DNA from: a virus | Length of the DNA stretch: 64,000 nt | Virus record (IMG/VR): IMGVR_UViG_3300009030_000001 | Span: 9,155 to 73,154 of that record | Reading direction: 5' to 3' (one strand) | Made by a program: the position numbers and the translations under genes | Shown here: one piece after another, positions 18,253 through 27,555 of the stretch | Position numbering within the stretch: position 1 is the first letter of the stretch | Layout of the letters: every line of letters starts with the position of its first letter | Notes under the pieces: model-generated | Told to the model about the DNA's origin: nothing | Seen by the model: only the letters and a program-made list of their open reading frames with translations | Databases searched by the model: none

Positions 18253-18438
18253 TCACTTCCCCGCCGCGTCGAGAACCAACTTCTTCGCGAAGCTCGCCAT
18301 GTCGACCGCCTTCTTCCGCCTCACTGCGGCACGGATCAATCGCAGTTGCGCAGCAGTCACCCGGAACGAGACTACATGCTTCATCGGAGGCCCGCCCCCG
18401 GTTGGACGACCGCCACGATTCTTCAGCTTTTTCGACAT
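18253..18438 (-). CDS. small ribbon-helix-helix DNA-binding protein
   Basis: GGRP...HVVSFRVTAAQLRLIRAAV...MASFAKKLVL fits the RHH pattern; lone reverse gene filling a gap. Confidence 0.6.
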   Translation of the reverse strand: MSKKLKNRGGRPTGGGPPMKHVVSFRVTAAQLRLIRAAVRRKKAVDMASFAKKLVLDAAGK

Positions 18439-18513
18439 CGGTTTGGAATCCTAGCCCAGATCATGGGTAACGTATACACCAATCCCCGGCAGTACCGGGA
18501 AGGAACCAGGAAC

Positions 18514-18867
18514 ATGGAAAGGATGCCGAAGCGAAAGCCGGGCGAGACCCTGACCGATCATCAGGCCAAGATGTTGAAGTGGATGGGGTGGCAGCGCGAT
18601 CAAAATGGATCGATATCGAAGGCCGACGAAGAGTTGTCGCCTCAACAGATCGACGCGATGCTGGCGGACGCCACGCCTGTTCCGATCAGCGAAGAGATAG
18701 TACGACGCACCCTGGAATCGATCGCGGCTCAAGAACATTGGATGGAGAAGTATGCCTTGCTAGCTGACATACGATCGTCCAAGCGCCGAGTCTTCTCCGA
18801 TGGCATCGTTCTTGGCGTAGTGTTGGGCACAGGGATAATGTGGTTGATCGATTGGCTGACATCATGA
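18514..18867 (+). CDS. hypothetical protein with C-terminal TM helix
   Basis: GIVLGVVLGTGIMWLIDW; RBS CAGGA. Confidence 0.5.
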   Translation: MERMPKRKPGETLTDHQAKMLKWMGWQRDQNGSISKADEELSPQQIDAMLADATPVPISEEIVRRTLESIAAQEHWMEKYALLADIRSSKRRVFSDGIVLGVVLGTGIMWLIDWLTS

Positions 18868-19175
18868 AAGAGATCACATTCCCACGCGACGGCGACCGGC
18901 CTCTACGATTCGTAGGCGAGGAGATAGTTTCGGTGTCGTCTCAAGCTGAGGGCAAGGATCGATGGACCGAGTTGGTGGTGTACCGAACGTCAACAGGCAA
19001 GTTCGTACTGCATTCGATCGGATGTTCCGACAGGGAAGGCGAGGACGACCGGAGCAAGGCAATCGCGGTTGACGAGTTGACACGCGCGACGATGGAACCG
19101 TTCTTCAAGGACTCGGGACTGGTTCGTAAGCTGTACGGTTTGCTCGGCCTGAACGAAGATGCGGAGGTGATCTGA
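18864..19175 (+). CDS. hypothetical protein (RDG-x-L-F-G / RW-L-VY family)
   Basis: PRDGDRPLRFVGE...RWTELVVYRT. Confidence 0.6.
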   Translation: MKEITFPRDGDRPLRFVGEEIVSVSSQAEGKDRWTELVVYRTSTGKFVLHSIGCSDREGEDDRSKAIAVDELTRATMEPFFKDSGLVRKLYGLLGLNEDAEVI

Positions 19176-19177
19176 CC

Positions 19178-19537
19178 ATGAACCGAACCGAAGCGATCAA
19201 GCGACACAAGGCGCGTCTAGCCAACCTCACCGATACCCAGGTACGTAACCTGATGACGCACGCCTCGAACGAGACGCCGCTGTTGCCTATCAGCCTGTTC
19301 TTCAGCGGGTACGAGCGAGACGGCAAGTGTTGACCCTCCCGGCTTGCCGGTTCCCGTGTGGAACCACATGGCAAATATCGCTACAGCGAGGCTTGGCGTC
19401 ATGCGCTGATGCGGCTCATCCATGTGGGCAGTGGGAGTTACTACCAAGAGATGAACGCCATCGGCACCCACGCCGCGCTGCGTCGCCTCTGGATCGCCGA
19501 AGGCAAGCGCCGCGGCTACGAACTGGTGAATGCATGA
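19178..19537 (+). CDS. candidate selenoprotein, 119 aa, in-frame TGA at 19331 (GKC-U-P)
   Basis: Read-through frame exactly fills the gap and ends in an ATGA overlap with the next gene; hairpin GGTTCC-CGTGT-GGAACC with its loop 21 nt after the TGA. Confidence 0.6.
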
Positions 19538-19752
19538 AGGTCACCTACTACGGCAAGGTGAGCAAGACCTGGGAGGGTCAGCCGGAGTGCCTGTTCTGCG
19601 GCGAGCCGGTGACCGAGCCGTCAGCCGATGGTCCCGGGGTGTGCGGGTGGTGCGACTGTGGATGCCACCGGAACGGAACCAAGTGGACCTATCAGGAGTA
19701 CCGTAAGTTCCAGCAGACCGCTAACGCGAAGCTGGAGGAGTGGGCGGCATGA
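19534..19752 (+). CDS. small zinc-finger protein
   Basis: CLFC...CGWCDCG.HRNGTKWTY; paralogue of 24831-25052. Confidence 0.6.
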   Translation: MKVTYYGKVSKTWEGQPECLFCGEPVTEPSADGPGVCGWCDCGCHRNGTKWTYQEYRKFQQTANAKLEEWAA

Positions 19753-19985
19753 AGCTCTTCTCCGGCTACTTCAAGACCAGCGACGGCCGCAAGTGGTCGG
19801 TAGCGTTCCGCGCCCATAGCTGGGACGACGCCTTCTCGCTTGCAGACCTGTTCGGGGTCACGGTCGAGGGAACTCTCGTCGCTACGTACGACGCTGACAC
19901 GGGCGAAGAGAAACCGGGCGTTGCTCACTTCGCGGCATGGAACTGCGACGGAGAGCGTTTCTACCAGGAGGTTGAGACCCCATGA
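19749..19985 (+). CDS. hypothetical protein
   Basis: ATGA-coupled on both sides. Confidence 0.5.
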   Translation: MKLFSGYFKTSDGRKWSVAFRAHSWDDAFSLADLFGVTVEGTLVATYDADTGEEKPGVAHFAAWNCDGERFYQEVETP

Positions 19986-20479
19986 AGCTCACCAAGAATC
20001 TCTGGGACGTAGCGAGGGAGGAGATGCCCGAGAAGGTGCAGGATCGGTTTTGGGACAAGGTGCGGAAGCCGAACGCCAACGGCTGTTGGCTGTGGAATGC
20101 CGCAACAGACACGGGCGGCTACGGTCAGTTCTGTTACCCCAGAGACAAGGCCCTCTTGTCTCACCGAGTTGCCTACGAGTTACTGGTAGGACCAATCCCG
20201 GCAGGGCTTGTGATTGACCACTTCTACTGCCAGACCCCGGCCTGTGTGAATCCGTCACACCTTGAGGTGGTGACCCACAGGGCCAACACTCTTCGCGGCA
20301 AATCCGTTCCCGCTGAGAACGCCAGGAAAACCGAGTGCAAGAACGGCCATCCATTCACCGAGAAGAACACACGCATCAGTTCGATCGGAGGGAGGGTTTG
20401 CAGGGAGTGCCGCCGGGCGTACGGCAGGCGCTACTATCAAGAGAACTATTCGGTAGCAGCGAGGGAAGCCACCCAATGA
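19982..20479 (+). CDS. HNH homing endonuclease (HNH_3 type)
   Basis: RFWDKV...CWLW...GYGQF...HRVAY...DH..C....CVNPSHLEVVT...N; C-terminal CKNGH...CREC. Confidence 0.9.
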   Translation: MKLTKNLWDVAREEMPEKVQDRFWDKVRKPNANGCWLWNAATDTGGYGQFCYPRDKALLSHRVAYELLVGPIPAGLVIDHFYCQTPACVNPSHLEVVTHRANTLRGKSVPAENARKTECKNGHPFTEKNTRISSIGGRVCRECRRAYGRRYYQENYSVAAREATQ

Positions 20480-20814
20480 AACTCACCGCGGACCTATGGA
20501 CTGTCGCTATCAAGGCGTTGGACGACGTGAAGGGGTTGCCGGACAAGGTGGTATCTGATTGGGAGGGCATGGTTCGGCTGAGTACGACTGGTAAGTTCCC
20601 TTGACCTGGGCTCGCCCTGGGCCTCGCGTGCGAGGGCAACGACAATAGGTTGAGCCAGGACAGTGAAGAGTTGGTTGCGAACGAATACGCACGGATCCTC
20701 GCCAGTGCTGTTTATCTCGATTTAGATGAGTACCTCACACTCCTTGGTCGCGGCCAATCCGGCATAGCCGAACTCCGCAAGAAGTTCGTGCAGGCGAGGG
20801 AGGTATCGGCGTGA
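20476..20814 (+). CDS. candidate selenoprotein, 112 aa, in-frame TGA at 20602 (GKFP-U-P)
   Basis: Read-through frame runs from an ATGA overlap to a GTGA overlap; hairpin CCTCG-CGTG-CGAGG with its loop 22 nt after the TGA. Confidence 0.58.
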
Positions 20815-21068
20815 GCGACGCAGGACAGAAGGTCTACGAGTGCATCTACAACGCAGTTATCGCCGCCGATCCTGACCAGCCAATCCTGGCTGCACTTGAC
20901 GCTTTGTGCGAAATGATTGCTCGCATGGAAACCCACCACGCCCTTGCAGAGAAGGTGGTGGAGGTTGTGAGATGCATCGACCCGGATTGGCTGGCAGAGC
21001 ACATGCCGACACTCGCCCACGTCCTCGCTGAGTTCGAAGCCCTTCCCCCCAAGGAGCCCCCCGAATGA
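20811..21068 (+). CDS. hypothetical protein
   Basis: RBS GGAGG; coupled ORF. Confidence 0.5.
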   Translation: MSDAGQKVYECIYNAVIAADPDQPILAALDALCEMIARMETHHALAEKVVEVVRCIDPDWLAEHMPTLAHVLAEFEALPPKEPPE

Positions 21069-21313
21069 GTCTCGACGCCACACACATCGTCTGCGAACTC
21101 TGCCTGCGTGACGGGAACACGGTCAGCGCCTTCAGCTACGAGATCACCAGTGGGTCACTGCGGATCCGAACCTACCTCTGCGAAAGGCACTCGGAGCAGG
21201 CGGAGGACGCCAAGATGCCTGATCTCAAATGGACCAAAGCCGATGAACTGAAAGGCATCTCGCCACACGATCCCAACTTGCCGGGTAACCCCAAGGAGCC
21301 CCCCGATGCCTGA
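21065..21313 (+). CDS. small Cys-containing protein
   Basis: CELC...CERH; RBS AAGGAG. Confidence 0.5.
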   Translation: MSLDATHIVCELCLRDGNTVSAFSYEITSGSLRIRTYLCERHSEQAEDAKMPDLKWTKADELKGISPHDPNLPGNPKEPPDA

Positions 21314-21491
21314 CCGGACCAAACAACGCTGCGTCTGCGGTGACGAGATCCTTTTGCGTGGCCCAGCGCAGGGAATGTGTCCAACCTGCGAAGACACCGA
21401 CAAAGCCTACCGAGAAGCCGCGGAGGAACGGTACCAGGACCGCCTACACGAGGCGGAGATAGAGCGGCAGTACGGAGGGTTCGATGCCTGA
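21306..21491 (+). CDS. small zinc-finger protein
   Basis: CVCG...CPTC; RBS AAGGAG. Confidence 0.5.
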   Translation: MPDRTKQRCVCGDEILLRGPAQGMCPTCEDTDKAYREAAEERYQDRLHEAEIERQYGGFDA

Positions 21492-21888
21492 CCCGACCAC
21501 AGCAACAGTCACGCCTCGCTTGGTCATCGTGATGGACTACCCGAGAGTGTGTGGGTCCGGTGGCGCATCCGTCTTGACTGGATGGGATCACGACACAGAG
21601 ATCGAGTTTCCAAATCCGCACGACAAGGCGTTTCGATTCATCGCTGTCTACGGTGAAGGCATCTACGAGATTACCCACGCAGAGGCGAGACGTTGCTTGC
21701 AAGCGTGGGAGATGGGCGACGAAGATGGACCGGTTGCGCCAGCGCCGAAGTATCATTCGGGACATCGATCTCTCAAGCGGGCTAAGGAGATCGCACGGAT
21801 GCAACCCATGGCCGAAATTCTGGATCGACTGCAACGAATCGAAAGGATGATACGAGATGACAACGACGAAAGGCCCCCCGGTCCATGA
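21484..21888 (+). CDS. hypothetical protein
   Basis: RBS GGAGG; coupled ORF. Confidence 0.45.
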   Translation: MPDPTTATVTPRLVIVMDYPRVCGSGGASVLTGWDHDTEIEFPNPHDKAFRFIAVYGEGIYEITHAEARRCLQAWEMGDEDGPVAPAPKYHSGHRSLKRAKEIARMQPMAEILDRLQRIERMIRDDNDERPPGP

Positions 21889-22918
21889 CCGGACGATAGG
21901 ACTAGGCGCGACGGACTCGGCCGGGCTCGCGAACAAAGGATGGAAGACCAGAGTTCGGATCTACCGGGAGACCATCGGTGAGGTGAAGCAGGACGAAGAC
22001 CTTCCCGAGGTTGTGAAGATGGGGATCATCCTGGAGCCGGTGGTGGCGGATCTTTACACGGCACAAACGGGAGTCAAGTTGGCGAGGGTGAACAAGACGC
22101 TGCGCCACCGCGAACACGACTTCATCGTGTGCCATCCGGATCGGCGAGTGATCGGATCGGTTGGCAAGAAGATCGTCGAGATCAAGAACGCGTTTCCGCG
22201 GAACCAGGAACAGCGGGACCGATGGGGCAAGGAGGGGTCCGACCAAGTCGCAGCCTACATCCTGTTCCAGGTGCAGCATCAGATGGCGGTGACTGGTGCG
22301 GAGGTTTGCGACGTCGCGGTGCTGATCAACGGCCACGACTTCCGGATCTACACCGTGCCGCGCGACGAGGCGTTGATTCTCTTCATCATCGAGAACGCCC
22401 AACGGTTCTGGCACGACCACGTCATGCCGAGGATTCCACCAGAGCCGACGCTGGCCCAGGAAGATCTCGACTTCGCGTATCCCACATCGAACGGGGTCGC
22501 GGTCATGGCGGACGCGGATGCGGAACAGGCGATGTTGGAGTACGCTGCGTACAAGCAGTTGGAGAATCTTGCGGAGAAGAAGTGCAAAGCCCTTCGCCCG
22601 ATCCTTCACAAGGCGCTCGGCAACAACGAACGGTTCGATAAGGCAACCGGAAAGTTGGACAAGGACGGCAAGCCGATCGTCGAGACGTTGCTGTCCTACA
22701 AGCACCAGAGCAGCTTCAGTTGGGACACCGGGAGGATCGAGGTTCAGTGCGAACGTACGCCCGACAGGAGTTACACGCTCGAAGAGTTGCGACAGGAGTT
22801 CAAAACCCAGAAGACTTGGCGAGTCATGCGGGTAAAGAAGGCACTGACCGCTATAGTGGGAGCAGTGACGCCGGGCGTTCCGGCGTTGAACCAAGAAAAC
22901 GAACAGGAAGAATCATGA
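21857..22918 (+). CDS. YqaJ-type viral recombinase exonuclease
   Basis: R.IGLGATD, G..LEP.VA..Y, HPDR, VEIKN, Y..QVQHQMAVTG, FW...V...IPPEP. Confidence 0.92.
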   Translation: MTTTKGPPVHDRTIGLGATDSAGLANKGWKTRVRIYRETIGEVKQDEDLPEVVKMGIILEPVVADLYTAQTGVKLARVNKTLRHREHDFIVCHPDRRVIGSVGKKIVEIKNAFPRNQEQRDRWGKEGSDQVAAYILFQVQHQMAVTGAEVCDVAVLINGHDFRIYTVPRDEALILFIIENAQRFWHDHVMPRIPPEPTLAQEDLDFAYPTSNGVAVMADADAEQAMLEYAAYKQLENLAEKKCKALRPILHKALGNNERFDKATGKLDKDGKPIVETLLSYKHQSSFSWDTGRIEVQCERTPDRSYTLEELRQEFKTQKTWRVMRVKKALTAIVGAVTPGVPALNQENEQEES

Positions 22919-23439
22919 AGACCATCGAGTACAGGACACGCACGGACAAGTTGGAACAATGGGGCGCTGGTCCCTGGGTCGACGAACCCGACAAGAAGCA
23001 GTGGCCAGATGCATCGACCGACATGCCTTGCCTGATTGTCCGTAGCCGCAGAGGGGCGTTGTGTGGATACGTTGGTGTGCCTCCAGGGCATCCCGCGCAT
23101 GGTGCCCACTACGACAGCGTGGATCCACATCCCGACAACGTGGAGTTGACGTTTTCGGAATCGTGTGATCCAAAAGGAGAATCGGAACCGGAGCATCACA
23201 TCTGCCACATCGTAGAACCGGGCGAACCGGATGACGTGTGGTGGCTAGGATTCGACTGCGCCCACTATGATGACTATGTCCCAGGGATGGATGTCGGATG
23301 CGATGATCGGAGTAGCTACAAGGAGATCGCCTACGTTGAAGAACAGTGCGCGGCATTGGCGCATCACATGAAGCACCGATTCCGTGTGGGAATCATCGCT
23401 ATGATCCGACGCATCTTCACAAGGGGGTCGGGATCATGA
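22915..23439 (+). CDS. conserved phage protein
   Basis: GALCGYVGVP..HP..G...WWLGFDCAH motif. Confidence 0.7.
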   Translation: MKTIEYRTRTDKLEQWGAGPWVDEPDKKQWPDASTDMPCLIVRSRRGALCGYVGVPPGHPAHGAHYDSVDPHPDNVELTFSESCDPKGESEPEHHICHIVEPGEPDDVWWLGFDCAHYDDYVPGMDVGCDDRSSYKEIAYVEEQCAALAHHMKHRFRVGIIAMIRRIFTRGSGS

Positions 23440-24827
23440 CGGAAGAACAGACAGTCGAAGCGGACGCACCTCCTGCTGAGAAGAAGCCACCGACGGAGGC
23501 CGAGAAGGAAGCGTTCATGCTGGCGCCGGTCGGGAACCGAACCAGTCTCGACCTATTGCTCAAACAGAAGTCGGATGCGCTGATTGAGTTGGTCGGCAAG
23601 CCGAAGATCGCGCGGTTCCTCGCCATCGTGAAGACGCAGAGTCGACGCCAGCCCGAGTTGCTGGAATGCACCCGCGAATCGATGATGGACGCGGTGATCC
23701 TGTGCGCGCTGACCGGATGCATGCCGGGCCCGATGGGTCACATGTACCTGATTCCGCGATACAACAAGCACAACCGGGACGAGAACAACAAGCCGCGACA
23801 AGAGGTGTCGCCGATGCTGGGCTACAAGGGCCTGCTCAAGCTGAGTCGGGATCATCCAATGGTTGCGCTGGCCGAAGCGAAGGTGGTGTACGACGGCGAC
23901 GATTTCCACGTTGACCACGGCAACCACACCATCCGACACATCGAAAATGCGAAGAGCAAGACCGGCGACAAGGTGACGCACGCGTACTCGCGGGTCTATC
24001 TCAAGGCAGCGATGGATTACCCGCTGATCCATGTGTTCAACCGTGAGCAGATCGAGGCAGCGCGTGCGAAGTCGCAGAAGCCGACCGGATCCTTTTGGAA
24101 GGACAATTACGCGGCGATGTCGTGCAAGTCGGTAATCCGATCGCACCACAACGGCGGGCAGGTTCCGCTGACCGACGCCCTCGAAGACGCGATCAGTCAG
24201 GAGTTGGAAGAGGAGTTCAAGGAGGCCGACGTGATCGTGCACGACGTCGCAGGCAGCGGGGTCGGAGCGTTGAAGGCGCAGCTTGGAATCACCGACCCGA
24301 CGGACGATGGGGCAGCGGACGACGGATACCCCGACGCGCAGACGGAGGTTGACGCCAACCGTGGTGGTGTCGCGCATGACGACGACGGCGACCTGACGGT
24401 GATGCCGTGCGGCACGTGCGACCAGCCGGTGGAATTCACCGGGTCTGCTCCAGAGGATTGCCCCCACTGCGGATCCAAGCTCGGAATCCGAACGAGCGCA
24501 GGAGGCGGCGCCGCTCCGGGCACCTTCGAGGGTGCCGAACAGGCGCACGGCGAGCGAGCGAGACGGATTGACGCGGAACGCGCCGCCGATGAGTCGAAGG
24601 ATCAGGGCGTGGAAAACCCGCCGCCCAATTCCGACCGCGACATCATCATGGAGGACATCGCGAAGCAGACAGAGCGGTTGCAAATCAACCGTGCCTCAGT
24701 TATGCGCGAAGCCAGCCTCGTGCTTGGCAAGTCGTGCACCGATCTCGGAGAACTTCACATCGACACGCTGTCCGGATTGCTTGGCGCCCTGGAATCGAAG
24801 ACCGAAGAGGATTTTTTGCCTTTCTGA
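23436..24827 (+). CDS. recT: RecT-family single-strand annealing protein with acidic/Zn-finger C-terminal extension
   Basis: PELLECT..S, G..YLIP, GYKGL..L, W...Y.AM..KSVIR; lies near YqaJ. Confidence 0.88.
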   Translation: MTEEQTVEADAPPAEKKPPTEAEKEAFMLAPVGNRTSLDLLLKQKSDALIELVGKPKIARFLAIVKTQSRRQPELLECTRESMMDAVILCALTGCMPGPMGHMYLIPRYNKHNRDENNKPRQEVSPMLGYKGLLKLSRDHPMVALAEAKVVYDGDDFHVDHGNHTIRHIENAKSKTGDKVTHAYSRVYLKAAMDYPLIHVFNREQIEAARAKSQKPTGSFWKDNYAAMSCKSVIRSHHNGGQVPLTDALEDAISQELEEEFKEADVIVHDVAGSGVGALKAQLGITDPTDDGAADDGYPDAQTEVDANRGGVAHDDDGDLTVMPCGTCDQPVEFTGSAPEDCPHCGSKLGIRTSAGGGAAPGTFEGAEQAHGERARRIDAERAADESKDQGVENPPPNSDRDIIMEDIAKQTERLQINRASVMREASLVLGKSCTDLGELHIDTLSGLLGALESKTEEDFLPF

Positions 24828-24830
24828 GCC

Positions 24831-25052
24831 ATGAAGACAACCGAGTTCAACCCTGCGTTCCTCTGCATCTACTGCGAGAAGCCTGTGGAGGAGTTGAGCG
24901 TCGGCGGGAGTGCCGTCTGTCCGTGGTGTGACAGCGGATACCACCGTGACGGCACGAAGTGGACCTACCGCGAGATGGTCAAGCTCTTCGAGAACGGGAG
25001 GCGACGGATTGAATCTGACGACAAGGCCCGGGCTGCGGGAGGGGGGCCGTGA
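24831..25052 (+). CDS. small zinc-finger protein
   Basis: CIYC...CPWCDSG.HRDGTKWTY. Confidence 0.6.
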   Translation: MKTTEFNPAFLCIYCEKPVEELSVGGSAVCPWCDSGYHRDGTKWTYREMVKLFENGRRRIESDDKARAAGGGP

Positions 25053-25798
25053 ACAGAAATACGTTGAAGAAGCTCCGACGTGGGATCCGAGATCGCGAAG
25101 CCCAACACGAACGTGCCGAGGACTACGCGACCAACGCGGCATGGCGACTCCGAAAGATCTGCGCAAGCGGTCGAAATGAGCGCGGGGATTTCGATACATC
25201 GGCTGCCGCGTCGGGTGCTGCGCGGTTCCTGTCTCTACTAGTACACAACGATTGGGATAGCGGCGAATTCCTCTGCGTCGAATGGGCTTTGGATCGCCTC
25301 TTGGGCGAGTTTGTGAAACGGCACGCTCGCTGTGTAGACAGAATTCACCACGCCTTACAGCACGGTGCCCATGATCGCAGGAACCCGATCGTCTGGAACG
25401 ATTTGGACAACTCAGCATTCTTCGTTCCATGTCCATTGGATGATCGACACGACGACCGCCGTGCATTCGTCCTCGATTCGCAGGGCCGCAGCACTCTATT
25501 CGTCCAGGAAAGAAACGCGGCACTTGAGAGCCGCACGATTCACGTCCGCCACCTTCATAGACGCACCGGGTCCAGCGGACTGCGGGAGCAACGGAGTCTC
25601 GCTTCCTATATTCGCGATGGTATGAAGCTGGAGTACAACGACTGTCGTGACGCTGGCTACATCCTGTCGTGCAGTTGGGGAGGCATCCCGAAAGAGGCAA
25701 CCGTCGACCGCGGACATCTCCATTTCTCGGAGATCACACACATTCTGTGGTGGTTGCGGCAGGCACTGGAAGCGGTCAAAACGGGATGCTCCCCATGA
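25049..25798 (+). CDS. hypothetical protein
   Basis: 249 aa coupled ORF. Confidence 0.5.
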   Translation: MNRNTLKKLRRGIRDREAQHERAEDYATNAAWRLRKICASGRNERGDFDTSAAASGAARFLSLLVHNDWDSGEFLCVEWALDRLLGEFVKRHARCVDRIHHALQHGAHDRRNPIVWNDLDNSAFFVPCPLDDRHDDRRAFVLDSQGRSTLFVQERNAALESRTIHVRHLHRRTGSSGLREQRSLASYIRDGMKLEYNDCRDAGYILSCSWGGIPKEATVDRGHLHFSEITHILWWLRQALEAVKTGCSP

Positions 25799-26430
25799 CG
25801 AGAACCGAGGTCGAGATAGCTCTCGCAGTCATCGCTTTCCAAGAAGATGAAGGGTACGAGACGTTCAAGGAAGTCTTCTACGAGGGGTGGACTGCCGACA
25901 TCGTCTCGACCAGAGGTCGGGACACGATCGTAACCGAGGCCAAGCTGTCCCGGTCAATCGCAGTGGTCACGCAAGCGACTCGCTGGAAAGGCTATGCCAC
26001 TCAAATCTACGTCGCAGTGCCGAAGCGGAAACAGGGCGACAGCTACGAATGGGATCGTGCGCTGCACCTTGCCGGAATCGGGGAGTTCACGGTTGACGAC
26101 GAGGGCGAAGTCATTCGTGCACGATCGCCTCTGCGTTGGCGCGTTGATGGACTCGGCATTCGCGCAGTCCTGAAAATCCAACACAAGACCTTCGCAGAGG
26201 CAGGCAACGCCAAGAGCGAGAGGTGGTCACCGTTCAAGGAGCAGGCCCGCGCCCTGCTCGCCGCCGTCAAAGCCAAGCCAGGGATCACGCTGCAAGAGTT
26301 CACTCGTGGCGACGACTACGCGTCGGCTTCTCTGCGCCGCAACATCAAGCGCGGTGCCATCAAGGGTCTCGTCGTCAGGTCAGGCAAGGTCTACGAGGAA
26401 GGATTCAATCGGCATAAGTTCAAGCAGTAG
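25795..26430 (+). CDS. PD-(D/E)XK nuclease-fold protein
   Basis: EV......ADIV.......TEAK...Q...W....YVAVP. Confidence 0.65.
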   Translation: MTRTEVEIALAVIAFQEDEGYETFKEVFYEGWTADIVSTRGRDTIVTEAKLSRSIAVVTQATRWKGYATQIYVAVPKRKQGDSYEWDRALHLAGIGEFTVDDEGEVIRARSPLRWRVDGLGIRAVLKIQHKTFAEAGNAKSERWSPFKEQARALLAAVKAKPGITLQEFTRGDDYASASLRRNIKRGAIKGLVVRSGKVYEEGFNRHKFKQ

Positions 26431-26441
26431 GAGAAGATCCG

Positions 26442-26648
26442 ATGACGACGACCGTAGGCGAAGACTTTCCAGTTCAGCAGGCCCGCGTCCGCACGATCAG
26501 AGGGCACGCAGCCGAGATCGGCCCCTCGGGCGGGTTCCTCGTGGCGATGTGCGACCAAGCCTTGAAGGAGGCCGAAGAGGCTGCGATCAGCGGCGACGTG
26601 GTTCGCATCCTTACGGCCTACAAGCGGCTCCAGGAGTTCCAAGAATGA
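26442..26648 (+). CDS. hypothetical protein
   Basis: RBS AGGAG; AEEAAISGDVVRILTAY motif. Confidence 0.6.
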   Translation: MTTTVGEDFPVQQARVRTIRGHAAEIGPSGGFLVAMCDQALKEAEEAAISGDVVRILTAYKRLQEFQE

Positions 26649-26818
26649 AGGCCCTGACCATCCGCGAGGTGCGCGATGCCCTGGAAGACTAGACACCAAC
26701 ACTCTTTGGCGTGGTAGACTGGCCTTCTCCATCGCGGGCAACCGTCGATCGCGGGGGGTGGTTCCAAGCCGCCCTGCCCAGCGGTGGTTTTCTTGGACGC
26801 ATCACTTGGAGGTGCAAC

Positions 26819-27283
26819 GTGAAGACAATCGAAGAACGGTTCTGGGCGAAGGTCGAGAAGAGACCTGACGGATGCTGGGAGTGGACCGGGGGCACAACAG
26901 GGAGCACCGGCTACGGCCAGTTTTGGGTAAAGCATCGGCACCAACTGGCTCACCGATTCTCTTACACGGTGATTCACGGCTTGGAGATCCCTCCAGGGCT
27001 GACCATCGACCACCTGTGTCGGAACCGGCTGTGCGTGAATCCGGCTCACCTAGAGCCCGTGACCAATCGGGTGAACGTCCTGCGAGGTAATGGGCCTGCG
27101 GCCCGGAACGCGAAGAAGACCCACTGCAAACGCGGCCACGAGTTCACGCCAGAAAACACCTATCGACAACGCCGCAAGAGGGGAGTCGTCGCTAGGTTGC
27201 GTCGGACGTGTCGGACGTGCCGGCGCCGCCTCGAACATGAGTATCGGAGGAGGGTGCGATTATCGGCACGGCCGAAGTCGTAG
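26819..27283 (+). CDS. HNH homing endonuclease (HNH_3 type)
   Basis: ERFWAKV..CWEW..GYGQF..AHRFSY..DHLCRNRLCVNPAHLEPVT..N; CKRGH; RBS GGAGG. Confidence 0.92.
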   Translation: MKTIEERFWAKVEKRPDGCWEWTGGTTGSTGYGQFWVKHRHQLAHRFSYTVIHGLEIPPGLTIDHLCRNRLCVNPAHLEPVTNRVNVLRGNGPAARNAKKTHCKRGHEFTPENTYRQRRKRGVVARLRRTCRTCRRRLEHEYRRRVRLSARPKS

Positions 27284-27482
27284 GTGTCGGACCCCACCCC
27301 ACGTCGCGTTGGGCGGGCCCAGTAGCGGTACACTGGCTCCTAGCGAGACCAAGGGCGATCGAGACGCCAATCCCCTGCAAGGGCGCACTGGGCCTGTGGG
27401 ACGTCCCTGGGGACATCTTGGAACGGCTCGTCGTATCCGGCGTGGCGGAATACACCGATCCGCCGAAAAAGGTGGAGAAGGC

Positions 27483-27528
27483 TTGAACAATCCCACCCCT
27501 CCCCTATATTGATACCCGTTGGCCAAGT
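27483..27528 (+). promoter_or_regulatory. repeated sigma70-type promoter cassette, copy 1
   Basis: TTGAAC-16 nt-TATATT; 46 bp identical to 58251-58296. Confidence 0.7.
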
Positions 27529-27555
27529 TGGTCAGCAGAACCAGGAACACGGAAC

